A stretch of 64,000 nucleotides of DNA from an uncultured Bacteroidales bacterium (GTDB taxonomy: Bacteria > Bacteroidota > Bacteroidia > Bacteroidales > UBA11471), in assembly GCA_947589325.1 (NCBI GenBank), contig CANQAM010000002.1, forward strand, positions 39,415 through 103,414. Direction: 5' to 3'. The position numbers and the translations under genes were made by a program. The notes under the pieces are model-generated. The model ran no database searches. It was not told the origin of the DNA and was given only the letters and a program-made list of their open reading frames with translations. This document shows, in pieces, positions 38,563 through 48,209 of the stretch (its first letter is position 1; each line of letters starts with the position of its first letter).

Positions 38563-39489
38563 TTATCGTTTGCCGAGTATGTTCAGGTGATACGCCATAC
38601 CTATGCGAAATTGGTCGTAAGGATAATCGGTGAAACCATGGCAGAAAGAAGCAAGCAGTTCGAATTGTTTGATATGGTATGCGATTTCGCTTGTCAGCAC
38701 CATCGGTCGGTCGTGTGCGGCGGACGAGATGCTGTTTTCCCACCCGGCATATCCGGCAAAACTTTCGGTAACCGACCAGCGGCGAGTATATAGGTTGAGC
38801 AGAGCGCCGAACTGGACGGCATCGTTCTGTCGTCCGGCACCGGTCTGCCAGCATAAGAACCCGCTTGTGGCAGCAACACGCAAACGCAGTTGGCAGGGTT
38901 TGATTATCAGAAATGATTTCGCTATTGCCGCATCGAAGAAATAGCCGGGGCTATCGTAGTAACGGGCTAATGAATAGCCTCCGCCGGAGGCGGATTTGAT
39001 AGCTGCTCTAATTACCGCATCGGGTAAGTAGCGCCCTTCTGCCAAAACTTGTATATCGACGCTCACATAAGCGTCGCCGGCCATTGAGCCGCGACGAGCG
39101 TGCTTCCGATTTTCGGCGGGTACTCGGCAGACATTCATATTGAGTTCGCTGTTGCGATACCACTCCATTGCCGGAATCCATAGCGACAGATTCACACGCG
39201 GGGTAAACAGAGGTATATTGGCTTTGAGAGCAATATCATACACGACATCGCCCCGACGGCCTTTGAAATAGTCGCCGGCGATTTCGATACGCAAGTCTTC
39301 GCTTACCTTATAGACGATGTTGGGAACAGGAAAGGCGTTCGGTCCGAAATAATAAGGCGATATACAGCTTACTCCGGACTGCGATGGCGTTTCGGGTGTC
39401 GCTTGGGCTCTTGCGGTTATCGGCACAAAACACATACAGATAGAGAGCAGGACGATATGAATGCGAGAGCGTTTTATTTCGTGTGCCAT
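38563..39489 (-). CDS. Hypothetical secreted / outer-membrane protein
   Basis: ATG 39489 (MAHEIKRSRIHIVLLSICMCFVPITARAQA signal). Alternating beta-strand-like pattern. No family recognised. Confidence 0.6.
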   Translation of the reverse strand: MAHEIKRSRIHIVLLSICMCFVPITARAQATPETPSQSGVSCISPYYFGPNAFPVPNIVYKVSEDLRIEIAGDYFKGRRGDVVYDIALKANIPLFTPRVNLSLWIPAMEWYRNSELNMNVCRVPAENRKHARRGSMAGDAYVSVDIQVLAEGRYLPDAVIRAAIKSASGGGYSLARYYDSPGYFFDAAIAKSFLIIKPCQLRLRVAATSGFLCWQTGAGRQNDAVQFGALLNLYTRRWSVTESFAGYAGWENSISSAAHDRPMVLTSEIAYHIKQFELLASFCHGFTDYPYDQFRIGMAYHLNILGKR

Positions 39490-40104
39490 TGCGGTTTTGT
39501 TGTTCCGTGTGCTCTCTTCACGGCATAACAAATAAAAGCGTGAGAGCCATATTTGTTGCTCGTCCCGCTGTCTCAGGCATGTGGCATCGCCTTTTCATGT
39601 AGAACAAGCAACGATGACCTCACGCCGATATGAATGTACCTTTTCCTCTCGACCGTATTATGGGCCAAGAGAAGTCGGGTATATAACATACCTCATGAGC
39701 ATCTATCGTCGCATTATTCTTGACATGAAGTTTGAAATTGCCACATTTCAGAGACAGCCAAGAATAAGCGTAAATAAACGCTTTTCAAAAATATAGATTC
39801 TCTTGTCCGGTACGGAAAACGTATCTGCGACAGAGAGAATAATCGCAAATTTATGGTTTATCCGGCGATTATCCAAACAGATAACAGGGAAATGCAGTTC
39901 CGATATCGGAATGTATTTATTGCAAAATCGACTAAAATCAATCGGCACGATTCGGTTTTAAGTTTTTCGAAAAGATGTTTTTCGATTTTATTTTTATGTT
40001 GCACGGGCTTTAAGTGCAAATATTTTCCTCTTTTTGTCGTGCTTCTTTCTTCACTGAATGGCAAATGTCGTATATTTGTACTCGAAATCCAATAACGAAA
40101 AGGC

Positions 40105-41478
40105 ATGACGACAAAACCCTCCATACCCAAAGGCACGCGCGACTTTTCGCCCGAAGAAATGGCGAAGCGCAACTATATCTTCAACACCATTCGCGACGTT
40201 TTTCATCTCTTCGGTTTCCGGCAAATCGAGACGCCGGCGATGGAAAATCTCTCCACGCTTATGGGAAAGTACGGCGAGGAGGGCGACAAGCTGCTTTTCA
40301 AGGTACTCAACTCCGGCGACTTCCTTGCCGATTTGAGCGATGCCGACCTGACGGCGCGCAATACGACGCATCTTGCCGCACGTCTGTGTGAAAAGGGGCT
40401 GCGCTACGACCTTACCGTGCCGTTTGCCCGTTTCGTGGTCATGCACCGAGGAGAGTTGTCGTTCCCGTTCAAACGCTACCAGATACAACCCGTGTGGCGC
40501 GCCGACCGCCCGCAGAAAGGGCGTTACCGCGAATTTTATCAATGCGATGCCGACGTGGTGGGCTCCGATTCGCTTCTCAACGAAGTGGAGTTGCTGCGGC
40601 TTATCGACGAAGTTTTCGCGCGCTTCGGCATACGGGTGGCAGTGAAACTCAACAACCGGAAAATATTGAGCGGTATTGCCGAAATGATAGGCGCTCCCGA
40701 AAAAATTGTCGATATAACCGTCGCTATCGACAAGCTCGACAAAATAGGTCTCGACAAGGTGAATGCCGAGTTGCGGGAAAAGGGCCTTTCCGAAGATGCC
40801 ATAGCGCGGTTGCAGCCCGTTATTCTGCTCGAAGGCGGCAATCGCAGCAAGCTGGCGACGCTGCGTACCGAGCTTGCCGCTTCGGAAATCGGACGGAAAG
40901 GCATCGAGGAGTTGGAATACATACTCGACAAACTCGACCGTTCACCCCTGCGCGCCGCTCTCGAAATAGACCTCACGCTGGCGCGCGGACTCAATTACTA
41001 CACCGGAGCCATTGTCGAAGTAAAGGCGCTCGATGTGGCGATAGGCAGCATCACCGGCGGCGGACGCTACGACAATCTGACGGGCGTGTTCGGTATGCCC
41101 GACGTGTCGGGCGTGGGCATCTCGTTCGGAGCCGACCGCATCTACGACGTACTCAATCAGCTCGACCTCTATCCCTCGGATTCTTTACAGACCACGCAGT
41201 TGCTTTTCGTCAATTTCGGCGAACGTGAAGTCGAGGTATGTATGGAATATGCCGCCTGTCTGCGTTCCAAAGGCATTCGCACGGAAATCTATCCCGAAGC
41301 TGCCAAAATGAAAAAACAGATGGGGTATGCCGACGATAAGAAAATTCCTTTCGTGGCGTTGGTGGGCGAGGACGAAATAGCTTCCGGAAAAATCACGGTC
41401 AAAAACATGACGACCGGCGAGCAGCAGCAGCTTCTGCCCGATGAAATCATTTCTTTGTTGAAAGAAGGAAAAGCGTAA
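40105..41478 (+). CDS. hisS: Histidine--tRNA ligase
   Basis: 457 aa. [10 protein letters not shown], class II motifs ([35 protein letters not shown]) and an anticodon-binding C-terminus. Confidence 0.96.
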   Translation: MTTKPSIPKGTRDFSPEEMAKRNYIFNTIRDVFHLFGFRQIETPAMENLSTLMGKYGEEGDKLLFKVLNSGDFLADLSDADLTARNTTHLAARLCEKGLRYDLTVPFARFVVMHRGELSFPFKRYQIQPVWRADRPQKGRYREFYQCDADVVGSDSLLNEVELLRLIDEVFARFGIRVAVKLNNRKILSGIAEMIGAPEKIVDITVAIDKLDKIGLDKVNAELREKGLSEDAIARLQPVILLEGGNRSKLATLRTELAASEIGRKGIEELEYILDKLDRSPLRAALEIDLTLARGLNYYTGAIVEVKALDVAIGSITGGGRYDNLTGVFGMPDVSGVGISFGADRIYDVLNQLDLYPSDSLQTTQLLFVNFGEREVEVCMEYAACLRSKGIRTEIYPEAAKMKKQMGYADDKKIPFVALVGEDEIASGKITVKNMTTGEQQQLLPDEIISLLKEGKA

Positions 41479-41487
41479 GCCGTCGAT

Positions 41488-43026
41488 TTATCCTGCCCAA
41501 TTTTCGCGGTCGAGGTTGCGGTAATTGATAGCCTCTGCCAGATGTGCCGGCTCTACGGTTTCGCTGCCGGCGAGGTCGGCTATGGTGCGGGCTACTTTCA
41601 GTATGCGGTCGTAGGCGCGTGCCGAGAGGTTAAAGCGTTTCATCGCCGTGCGCAGTCTTTCAAAACCAGCTTCGTCGGGACGGGCATAGGTATTGAGTAA
41701 CCGACTGTTCATCTGTGCGTTGCAATAAACACCCGGCACATTTTTGAAACGGGCAGCCTGTATTTCCCGCGCCCGAATTACCCGTTCGCGAATGACGGCA
41801 CTCGTTTCGCCGGCGCGGCTGTCGGAGATTTTCTCGAATGGCACGGGGACGATTTCTATCTGTATGTCGATGCGGTCGAGCAGCGGGCCCGATATGCGGT
41901 TGAGGTAGCGGCGCACGGCACCCGGCGGGCAGATACATTTCTTTTCGGGGTGATTGTAATAGCCGCATGGACAGGGATTCATCGAGGCGATAAGCATCAC
42001 GCTCGCCGGATATTCGATAGAGTATTTTGCGCGAGAAACGGTGATTTTCCGGTCTTCGAGCGGCTGGCGCATCACTTCGAGCACCTGTCTGGAAAATTCG
42101 GGAAGCTCGTCGAGAAACAGTACCCCGTTGTGTGCCAGCGATATTTCACCGGGCTGCGGAAAGGTGCCGCCGCCCACCAGCGCCACGCTCGATATGGTGT
42201 GGTGCGGGGCGCGGAAAGGTCGCTGCGTCAGCAGCGAGCTGTCGCGATCCATTTTTCCGGCGACCGAATGTATTTTGGTGGTTTCGAGAGCCTCTTGCAG
42301 CGAGAGCGGCGGAAGTATCGACGAGATGCGTTTCGCCATCATCGACTTGCCCGAGCCGGGCGGACCTATCATGATGAGGTTGTGTCCGCCGGCGGCAGCT
42401 ACCTCGAAAGCCCGTTTTACACTTTCCTGCCCTTTTACGTCGGCAAAATCGAGGTCGAAATTGCCCTGCGCTGCAAAAAACTCGGCACGGGTGTCGATGA
42501 CTGTCGGGGTCAGTTCGTGCGTCCCGTTGAAAAAATCGACCACCTCTTTGATGTTTTCCACCCCGAAGACGTCGAGTTTATCGACTACGGCAGCTTCGCG
42601 CACATTGGCTTTGGGTACGATAAGCCCTTTGAACCCCTCTTTGCGTGCCTGTATGGCAATGGGCAGCGCGCCTTTGATAGGGAGTATCGACCCATCGAGC
42701 GAGAGTTCGCCCATGACCATGTAGCGGTCGAGCCGGTCGGGCGCGATGTCTTCGGCAGCCGCCAGAATGCCGATAGCAAGCGGCAGGTCGTAAGCCGAGC
42801 CTTCTTTTCGTATGTCGGCGGGAGCAAGGTTGATAATCAGCTGGCGGTGCGGAAATTTGTAACCGTTGTGCAGCAGTGCCGAGCGAATGCGCTCGTGGCT
42901 CTCTTTTACGGCAGTGTCGGGCAGACCTACCATATAGAAATGAATGCCTTGCGAACAGTTCACTTCGATGGTTACGGTGAGGGCGTCGATGCCCTGCATG
43001 GCTGCTCCGAAAACTTTTACCAGCAT
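41488..43026 (-). CDS. YifB/ComM-family Mg-chelatase-like AAA ATPase
   Basis: ATG 43026 (MLVKVFGAAMQGIDALTVTIEVN). Lon-like N-domain, Walker A GPPGSGKSM, Walker B LFLDELPEF. Confidence 0.92.
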   Translation of the reverse strand: MLVKVFGAAMQGIDALTVTIEVNCSQGIHFYMVGLPDTAVKESHERIRSALLHNGYKFPHRQLIINLAPADIRKEGSAYDLPLAIGILAAAEDIAPDRLDRYMVMGELSLDGSILPIKGALPIAIQARKEGFKGLIVPKANVREAAVVDKLDVFGVENIKEVVDFFNGTHELTPTVIDTRAEFFAAQGNFDLDFADVKGQESVKRAFEVAAAGGHNLIMIGPPGSGKSMMAKRISSILPPLSLQEALETTKIHSVAGKMDRDSSLLTQRPFRAPHHTISSVALVGGGTFPQPGEISLAHNGVLFLDELPEFSRQVLEVMRQPLEDRKITVSRAKYSIEYPASVMLIASMNPCPCGYYNHPEKKCICPPGAVRRYLNRISGPLLDRIDIQIEIVPVPFEKISDSRAGETSAVIRERVIRAREIQAARFKNVPGVYCNAQMNSRLLNTYARPDEAGFERLRTAMKRFNLSARAYDRILKVARTIADLAGSETVEPAHLAEAINYRNLDRENWAG

Positions 43027-43030
43027 ACGG

Positions 43031-44191
43031 TTATTTCTTTTTGGATTTTTTTGCGCTCTCCTTCTTTTTATCTTTGGCGTTAAGCGTTTTGTCTTCACCT
43101 GTTTTTGCAACCGACGAATCGACGGCAGCCACCAGCAGGCTGTCGGGTAAATCTCGTGCTATGATGTATCCTTTCCCGTCGATAAGGTATGTGGCTGGCA
43201 ATTGTCTGATGTCGAGCGATGTTATCTGATTGGCATTCCACCCTTCGGGCAGGCGGCAGTGCAGTTCCTGCTCGAGCGAGTCTTGCCGAATGGCATTGTT
43301 CCATGCGTCTTTGTCGGTATCGAGCGATATGCTTACAAGGCGGAGGTAAGAAACCGGATATTTTTTTCTCAGTCGGCGGACGGTCTGCAATTTCTGTCGG
43401 GATAGCGTATCGTAAGATGCCCATACCGAAAGGAGGGTCGTGCGGTTTCGGAAACTGCTCGTATTGATGAGGCTGTCGCTTCCCGTGCGGAAAGTCGTGT
43501 ATGGAACGGGTTTGCCCGTGAGTTCCTTTTTGTTGCCCGATATGAAAAGTTCCGACTTGGCGAGCAGCGATACCGGTTTGGCTTCCGGCGGCAGCTGCCG
43601 CAGCAGGGTGTCTGCCGTGCGGGTGGAATATTCGTCGAGCAGGTAATCGTATATAAGTACCGTCGATGCGTATGAGGGTGGGGCGGCGGTTACGAAATCT
43701 CTTACCCGACGGTGGAGCGTGTCGAGCCGGCTGCGGCGTGCTGCCAGAAAAAGCGTATCTTCGGAACGGACATAAAAGGCAGAATCGTCGGCTTCTATTT
43801 CTTGCAGGAGTTCGTGATTTTCGTTTCGGAACCGGCTGACGGTTTCCTGTTCGGGCGAGCCGCTTATCGTTATTTCGTAAGGCGCTGCCGTCGAGCCTTT
43901 CAATTTCACTTTATCGCCGTTTTTTACATACAGCCATGTTACCCGCTCGCCGGCTTCGGTGAAAATCTCTACCCGTGTCAGGTCGTCGCTCGTACTTTTG
44001 AATACGGCTTTCCCTTTTTTCACCAGAACCGAATCGACGGCGATGCCCTTTTTGTATTGTTCCTGCCAAAAGTAGAGATACGATTGTTCGGGCACATCGA
44101 GTTCTACGACGAGCGTGTAGCCCGCCTTGTCCACACCGGAGCAGGAAAGGAAACAGAGCAATGCCGCTATGTACGAGATATATCGAATCAT
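43031..44191 (-). CDS. TlpA/thioredoxin-fold lipoprotein with a degenerate active site
   Basis: Lipoprotein signal LLCFLSCSG and a DUF4369-like N-domain. The position where the family has WASWCGPC reads VWASYDTLS (no cysteines). Lys-rich tail ...KDKKKESAKKSKKK. Confidence 0.7.
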   Translation of the reverse strand: MIRYISYIAALLCFLSCSGVDKAGYTLVVELDVPEQSYLYFWQEQYKKGIAVDSVLVKKGKAVFKSTSDDLTRVEIFTEAGERVTWLYVKNGDKVKLKGSTAAPYEITISGSPEQETVSRFRNENHELLQEIEADDSAFYVRSEDTLFLAARRSRLDTLHRRVRDFVTAAPPSYASTVLIYDYLLDEYSTRTADTLLRQLPPEAKPVSLLAKSELFISGNKKELTGKPVPYTTFRTGSDSLINTSSFRNRTTLLSVWASYDTLSRQKLQTVRRLRKKYPVSYLRLVSISLDTDKDAWNNAIRQDSLEQELHCRLPEGWNANQITSLDIRQLPATYLIDGKGYIIARDLPDSLLVAAVDSSVAKTGEDKTLNAKDKKKESAKKSKKK

Positions 44192-44275
44192 GTTTTTTAA
44201 TGGCTATACAAACATAGGCAAAATTTCCGATTTATCGGTACGGAATTTGTAAAAAGTCGTTGCGGAACAAGCGGA

Positions 44276-45565
44276 TTACAGACTGAATGCCTTTTTCAGG
44301 ACATCGACATAATCGAGTTTTTCCCACGTGAAAAGTTCCACGTCCGCTTCCACCGGCTGTTCGTAGCGCGACCGAAAGGTTTTGTGTACGATGCGGGGCC
44401 GGCGTCCCATGTGCCCGTAAGATGCGGTCTCTTCGTATATGGGGTTGCGGAGTTTCAGCCGTTCTTCGATGGCTTTCGGACGCAGGTCGAAAATTTCACC
44501 GATGCGGGCGGCGATTTCGGCATCGCTCTGCCGAACGTGCGAGGTGCCGTAGGTATCGACGAATAGGCTTACCGGACGTGCGATGCCTATGGCATACGAA
44601 ATCTGTACCAGCACTTCGTCGGCAATGCCGGCAGCCACCATGTTCTTGGCGATGTGGCGGGCTGCATAAGCCGCCGAGCGATCGACTTTCGAGGGGTCTT
44701 TTCCCGAAAAAGCGCCGCCGCCGTGCGCCCCTTTGCCTCCGTAGGTATCGACGATGATTTTGCGGCCGGTGAGCCCTGTGTCGCCGTGCGGTCCGCCGAT
44801 GACGAATTTTCCCGTAGGATTGACGTGCAGAATCATCTTGTCGTCGAAAAGCCTGCGCACCCGTTCGGGCAGGCGGGCGATGACTCGGGGCAGTACGATG
44901 CGGCGCACATCGTCGGCAATGCGGTGCAGCATTTTTTCGTCGGCAGCCGCTTGGGCTTCGGGGGTGTCGCTGTCGGGGTCTACGAATTCGTCGTGCTGCG
45001 TGGAGAGTACGATGGTGTGTATCCTTACGGGGTGGCGCTCCTCGTCGTACTCGATGGTTACCTGCGACTTGGCATCGGGGCGCAGGTAAGGCATCTCGCG
45101 GCTTTCGCGGCGGATATCTGCCAATTCCATAAGTATCAAATGTGAAAGTTCCAGCGGCAGCGGCATGTAGTTGTCGGTTTCGTTGCAGGCGTAACCGAAC
45201 ATCATGCCTTGGTCGCCGGCACCCTGATTCATGGCGTCGGCCCGTTCCACGCCGCGGTTTATGTCGGCAGACTGCTCGTGTATGGCGGAAAATACGCCGC
45301 AGGAGTCGCCGTCGAATTTGTATTCGCTTCGCGTATAGCCGATGCGGTTGATGACACGGCGCGCCACTTCGTGCAAGTCGATGTAGGCATTCGATTTCAC
45401 TTCGCCCGCCAACACTACCTGACCGGTCGTTACCAGCGTTTCGCAAGCCACTTTCGACTGCGGGTCATAAGCAAGAAATTCGTCGAGTACAGCGTCGGAA
45501 ATTTGGTCGGCAACCTTGTCGGGGTGACCTTCCGATACCGATTCAGAGGTAAACAGGTAATTCAT
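44276..45565 (-). CDS. metK: Methionine adenosyltransferase (SAM synthetase)
   Basis: [24 protein letters not shown]...[19 protein letters not shown]. Confidence 0.97.
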   Translation of the reverse strand: MNYLFTSESVSEGHPDKVADQISDAVLDEFLAYDPQSKVACETLVTTGQVVLAGEVKSNAYIDLHEVARRVINRIGYTRSEYKFDGDSCGVFSAIHEQSADINRGVERADAMNQGAGDQGMMFGYACNETDNYMPLPLELSHLILMELADIRRESREMPYLRPDAKSQVTIEYDEERHPVRIHTIVLSTQHDEFVDPDSDTPEAQAAADEKMLHRIADDVRRIVLPRVIARLPERVRRLFDDKMILHVNPTGKFVIGGPHGDTGLTGRKIIVDTYGGKGAHGGGAFSGKDPSKVDRSAAYAARHIAKNMVAAGIADEVLVQISYAIGIARPVSLFVDTYGTSHVRQSDAEIAARIGEIFDLRPKAIEERLKLRNPIYEETASYGHMGRRPRIVHKTFRSRYEQPVEADVELFTWEKLDYVDVLKKAFSL

Positions 45566-45821
45566 CTTATCGTTTTTTAATAGAACAATTTACGACAAGA
45601 GATGGAAAAAACGCTGTAAAAAGAGGAACATTTTTGCCGGCAGAAAAGCCGGAGGTGCGATCGTTTTAGCAGTTTTTTTATGTGGTTGCAAGCAGCCAAA
45701 TCCATCCACAAATCGTACCGGCAAAGTAAATTCATTTTTGAGAAATACGCAATAGTCCGGTGCGTTTTTTTATCGGATTCGGTTTTTATTTTTACCTTTA
45801 TGCCTGAAATATTTTTGTCCG

Positions 45822-45850
45822 TTAAACCTTTCCGACCTGATTCAGTCTAA
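45822..45850 (+). promoter_or_regulatory. ECF-type promoter candidate upstream of the sigma gene
   Basis: TTAAACCTTT-N7-GATTCAGTCTAA, i.e. an AAAC(C)-like -35 element and a GTCTAA-like -10 element. The same bipartite motif recurs with identical spacing at 46451. Confidence 0.5.
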
Positions 45851-45899
45851 ATCGCGGTTATCGGAAAGAAGGAAGAAATACCGCCGAAAACGAGAAAGT

Positions 45900-46454
45900 A
45901 TGTCATCTGCCTATAACGAAGAAGTCATCGTTGCCCGACTGCAAGACCCGCGCCATTGCCGCGAAGCCTTTACGCAGGTGGTGAAGCAGTACAGCGAATC
46001 GCTTTATTGGCAGATACGCAAGATGGTCGTTTCGCACGACGATGCCGACGACCTGCTGCAAAACACCTTTCTCAAAGCGTGGCAGAACATCATCTATTTT
46101 CGGGGCGATGCCCGACTATCGACGTGGCTCTATTGCATAGCGATAAACGAAACGCTTACTTTCCTTGCCCGGCAGCGTCAGCAAAACAATGTCCCGCTCG
46201 ACGGCGAAGACACTTTCCTGATAGAGCAGCTCGAAAGCGACGAATGGTTCGACGGCGACGAAGCCCAACGCCTTTTGCAGGAGGCTGTCTTCCGGCTGCC
46301 CGAGAAGCAGCGGCTTATCTTCAATATGCACTATTTCGACGAAATGAAGTATGAAGAAATTTCCCGTATTCTCGGCACCTCCGTCGGAGCTTTGAAAGCC
46401 TCGTATCATCATGCTGTCAAAAAAATCGAAGAGTATTTAACGTCCGCAAATTAA
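45900..46454 (+). CDS. ECF-subfamily sigma-70 factor
   Basis: Region 2 DADDLLQNTFLKAWQNI...STWLYCIAIN; region 4 LPEKQRLIFNMHYFDEMKYEEISRILGTSVGALKASYHHAVKKI. Confidence 0.92.
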   Translation: MSSAYNEEVIVARLQDPRHCREAFTQVVKQYSESLYWQIRKMVVSHDDADDLLQNTFLKAWQNIIYFRGDARLSTWLYCIAINETLTFLARQRQQNNVPLDGEDTFLIEQLESDEWFDGDEAQRLLQEAVFRLPEKQRLIFNMHYFDEMKYEEISRILGTSVGALKASYHHAVKKIEEYLTSAN

Positions 46455-46479
46455 ACCTTTTGCTTACGATTCAGTCTAT
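46451..46479 (+). promoter_or_regulatory. Second copy of the ECF-type promoter motif, overlapping the sigma stop codon
   Basis: TTAAACCTTT-N7-GATTCAGTCTAT, about 20 nt upstream of the next ATG (46498). Confidence 0.45.
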
Positions 46480-46497
46480 ATATCAAATACGAAGAAA

Positions 46498-46842
46498 ATG
46501 AAAAACGAAATCTGGCAAAAAATCGATCGCAAACACGGATTCACAGAACCCGGCAAAGACTACTTCGAGCGATTCGCCGCACACATGGAAGAGCAGCTGC
46601 CGGAACTCGAATTTCCGCAAAAACCGAAAGTAACCCTTTGGTCGCACATACAGACGTGGGTCTATATGGCAGCCATGTTCGTGGGCATCGCTTTGATGAT
46701 ACGGATATTTTCGCCTGCCCGCAATCAAGACGACTTGCTTGCCGAGCAGTCGCAAGAGGCATTCTATGACGAACTTATCTGGACGTCATGTGTCGATAAT
46801 GGCGATGTATATATCTATTTAGCCGATGCGTATGACTATTAA
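46498..46842 (+). CDS. Small single-pass membrane protein, putative anti-sigma partner
   Basis: 114 aa with one TM segment (TWVYMAAMFVGIALMIRIF). It lies immediately downstream of the ECF sigma gene. Confidence 0.55.
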   Translation: MKNEIWQKIDRKHGFTEPGKDYFERFAAHMEEQLPELEFPQKPKVTLWSHIQTWVYMAAMFVGIALMIRIFSPARNQDDLLAEQSQEAFYDELIWTSCVDNGDVYIYLADAYDY

Positions 46843-46852
46843 AATCAACGAT

Positions 46853-47440
46853 ATGATGAAAAAATCCCTTCTTTCGGCACTCGTTTTTTGTCTGTGGGTT
46901 TCTATGCCGTTGAGCGGCGTTGCGCAGGAGCATCTCCTTACCGTAGCCGAAGCCGAAACCCAACTGAAAGCGGCGCAAGAAGAATATAAAAAAGAAAAAG
47001 CCGCCGTGCAGGCACTGCCTAAAAACAAACAGGAGGAGGCGCGTAAAACATTGCGGGAAGCCGGTCGGAAAGTCGGCTATTGCAAAGTCGAAGTGTTCAA
47101 AGCCGGCAAGCGTGATTTTTTGCGGGAACAAGCCGGTTTGTCGGAACAAGAAGCCGCACGCTTTTTCCCTCTTTATGAAGAGTTGCAGACCGCGATATTC
47201 AAACTGCACGACGATGCCCAACGCACGGTCAAACGTTTGTTGCGGAACAAGGACAATAGAAAGATTCCAGATGCCGAGTATCTGGCTGCCGTGCGGAAAC
47301 GCCTCGATGCAACGGCAGAGGAGGCGCGGCTGCAAAGTGAATATTTTGAAAAATTCAAACGAATATTGCCGGCAGAAAAGTTGCTGCGGATATATGATGC
47401 CGAGTCGCGTTTCTCTTTTGAGATGATGCTATGGGCATAA
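46853..47440 (+). CDS. Periplasmic Spy/CpxP-like helical protein
   Basis: ATG 46853 (MMKKSLLSALVFCLWVSMPLSGVAQ signal). Charged helical repeats (LSEQEAARFFPLYEEL). It is the third gene of the sigma trio. Confidence 0.6.
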   Translation: MMKKSLLSALVFCLWVSMPLSGVAQEHLLTVAEAETQLKAAQEEYKKEKAAVQALPKNKQEEARKTLREAGRKVGYCKVEVFKAGKRDFLREQAGLSEQEAARFFPLYEELQTAIFKLHDDAQRTVKRLLRNKDNRKIPDAEYLAAVRKRLDATAEEARLQSEYFEKFKRILPAEKLLRIYDAESRFSFEMMLWA

Positions 47441-47441
47441 A

Positions 47442-47640
47442 AACGAATTGTACAATATTTATCAGAAAGATATAATGCGTAAATAACTGATAAATTGATA
47501 GATATACGATGTCGTTTGAATGTGAAAAGAAAAACGAAACGTACAAAAACTTTAATCTGCTTTAATTTCACTTTAAGTTTCGAGTAAAGTTTTCTCGAAA
47601 TCGTTTAATACTGTTTTACCACAACTTTAATTCTGTTTAA
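47442..47640. repeat. Prophage left-end repeat arrays (candidate transposase-binding sites)
   Basis: AACGAAnnGTACAA at 47442 and 47533 (direct repeats, 12/14 identical), with further AACGAA copies at 47798 and 47809. Six (C/G)TTTAA(T/G) units lie between 47550 and 47640. A 7-bp inverted repeat TTTCGAG/CTCGAAA lies at 47578-47600. TGTGAAAAG...ACGAAACGTACAAAAAC begins at 47521. Confidence 0.5.
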
Positions 47641-47645
47641 TTATG

Positions 47646-47684
47646 GGCGGACAGATGGCTTTGGGCTGTTTGTCCGCCTTTTTT
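47646..47684 (+). terminator. Terminator-like hairpin plus T6 inside the prophage left arm
   Basis: Stem GGCGGACA (47646-53) / TGTCCGCC (47671-78) followed by TTTTTT. There is no annotated plus-strand gene upstream within 200 nt. Confidence 0.5.
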
Positions 47685-47884
47685 CACTACCTCTTATCTG
47701 ATGCCTCAAATGGCTTAAACGCCCAATTTAAGGCAATTTACAGCCAGATTCGAGGCAATTCAAAGCAGCGTCTTTTATTCATTACAATTGGTTATTAAAC
47801 GAACAAAAAACGAATAACTCGAGTTGAACGGACAGAAAAAATGCGGGAGTGTATTGCAATGGGCAATTCAAACCACAAAATAGT

Positions 47885-47920
47885 GTTGGGCATACAGTTG
47901 GGCATACAGTTGGGTATACT
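47885..47920. repeat. Three tandem copies of a 12-bp unit, GTTGGGCATACA
   Basis: GTTGGGCATACA GTTGGGCATACA GTTGGGTATACT, read directly from the sequence. Confidence 0.9.
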
Positions 47921-48061
47921 TTTTAAGCACGAATAATACCCTATAATGGAAAAAATCGACATAAAAAGCGGCTTTTTCGTGAGAATCTACCCCCTTTAAT
48001 ATCCAAACAGATATAGAAACAAGACCCTTAAATAAGTGTTTAAGCTGCTGATAATTAGCAA

Positions 48062-48092
48062 TTAAAACGTGTTTTTGCGATAAAAACACGTG
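48062..48092 (-). terminator. Probable intrinsic terminator of the repressor gene
   Basis: Perfect 10-bp stem ACGTGTTTTT/AAAAACACGT (48067-76 / 48082-91). On the minus strand it is followed by TTTT. It lies about 115 nt downstream of the repressor stop. Confidence 0.6.
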
Positions 48093-48209
48093 AAAACAGC
48101 ATAATCGCCCCTGTTAGGTGTCTGAAAAGGGTATATGGGAGGGTACATCAATGTTGGGAAATAACGAAGCGGATCTGCCTACATTGGGAACAGATCGTAT
48201 GTCGAGCTT

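Noticed and set aside
39532-40104. An AT-rich 570-bp gene-free stretch upstream of hisS, containing a perfect 14-bp palindrome TTCCGATATCGGAA (about 39897-39910) and a hairpin TTGCAC...GTGCAA.
   Set aside because: No tRNA-like, RNase P, tmRNA, SRP or riboswitch signature was recognisable. The small ORFs (39581-39796, 39853-40095) have no start context or motifs. It is probably just promoter or spacer DNA. An Rfam scan would be the decisive check.
45566-45760. A possible SAM riboswitch in the metK 5' leader (minus strand).
   Set aside because: The leader contains CGAUUUGUGG...UUGGCUGCUUGCAACCAC...AAAAAAACUGCUAAAA, which superficially recalls SAM-II elements. I could not build the required pseudoknot: the loop and the 3' tail share CUGCU as a direct repeat, not as complementary sequence. 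No SAM-I core (…GAGGGA…GCAACC…) is present either. A cmsearch with RF00521, RF00162 and RF01826 would settle it.
47885-47920. Possible CRISPR-like or other arrayed repeats: the 12-bp tandem here, the 29117-29217 repeats, and the tRNA-Val tandem.
   Set aside because: The units are far too short or are contiguous with no unique spacers of 25-40 bp. There are no cas genes in the window. They are better explained as protein-binding sites, or (for the tRNA tandem) as gene duplication.
47868-48089. A 73-aa minus-strand ORF in the prophage left arm.
   Set aside because: It starts inside the 48067-48091 hairpin and reads through the 12-bp tandem repeat, giving ...QLYAQLYAQ... It has no promoter box or sensible start context, so it is likely non-coding.
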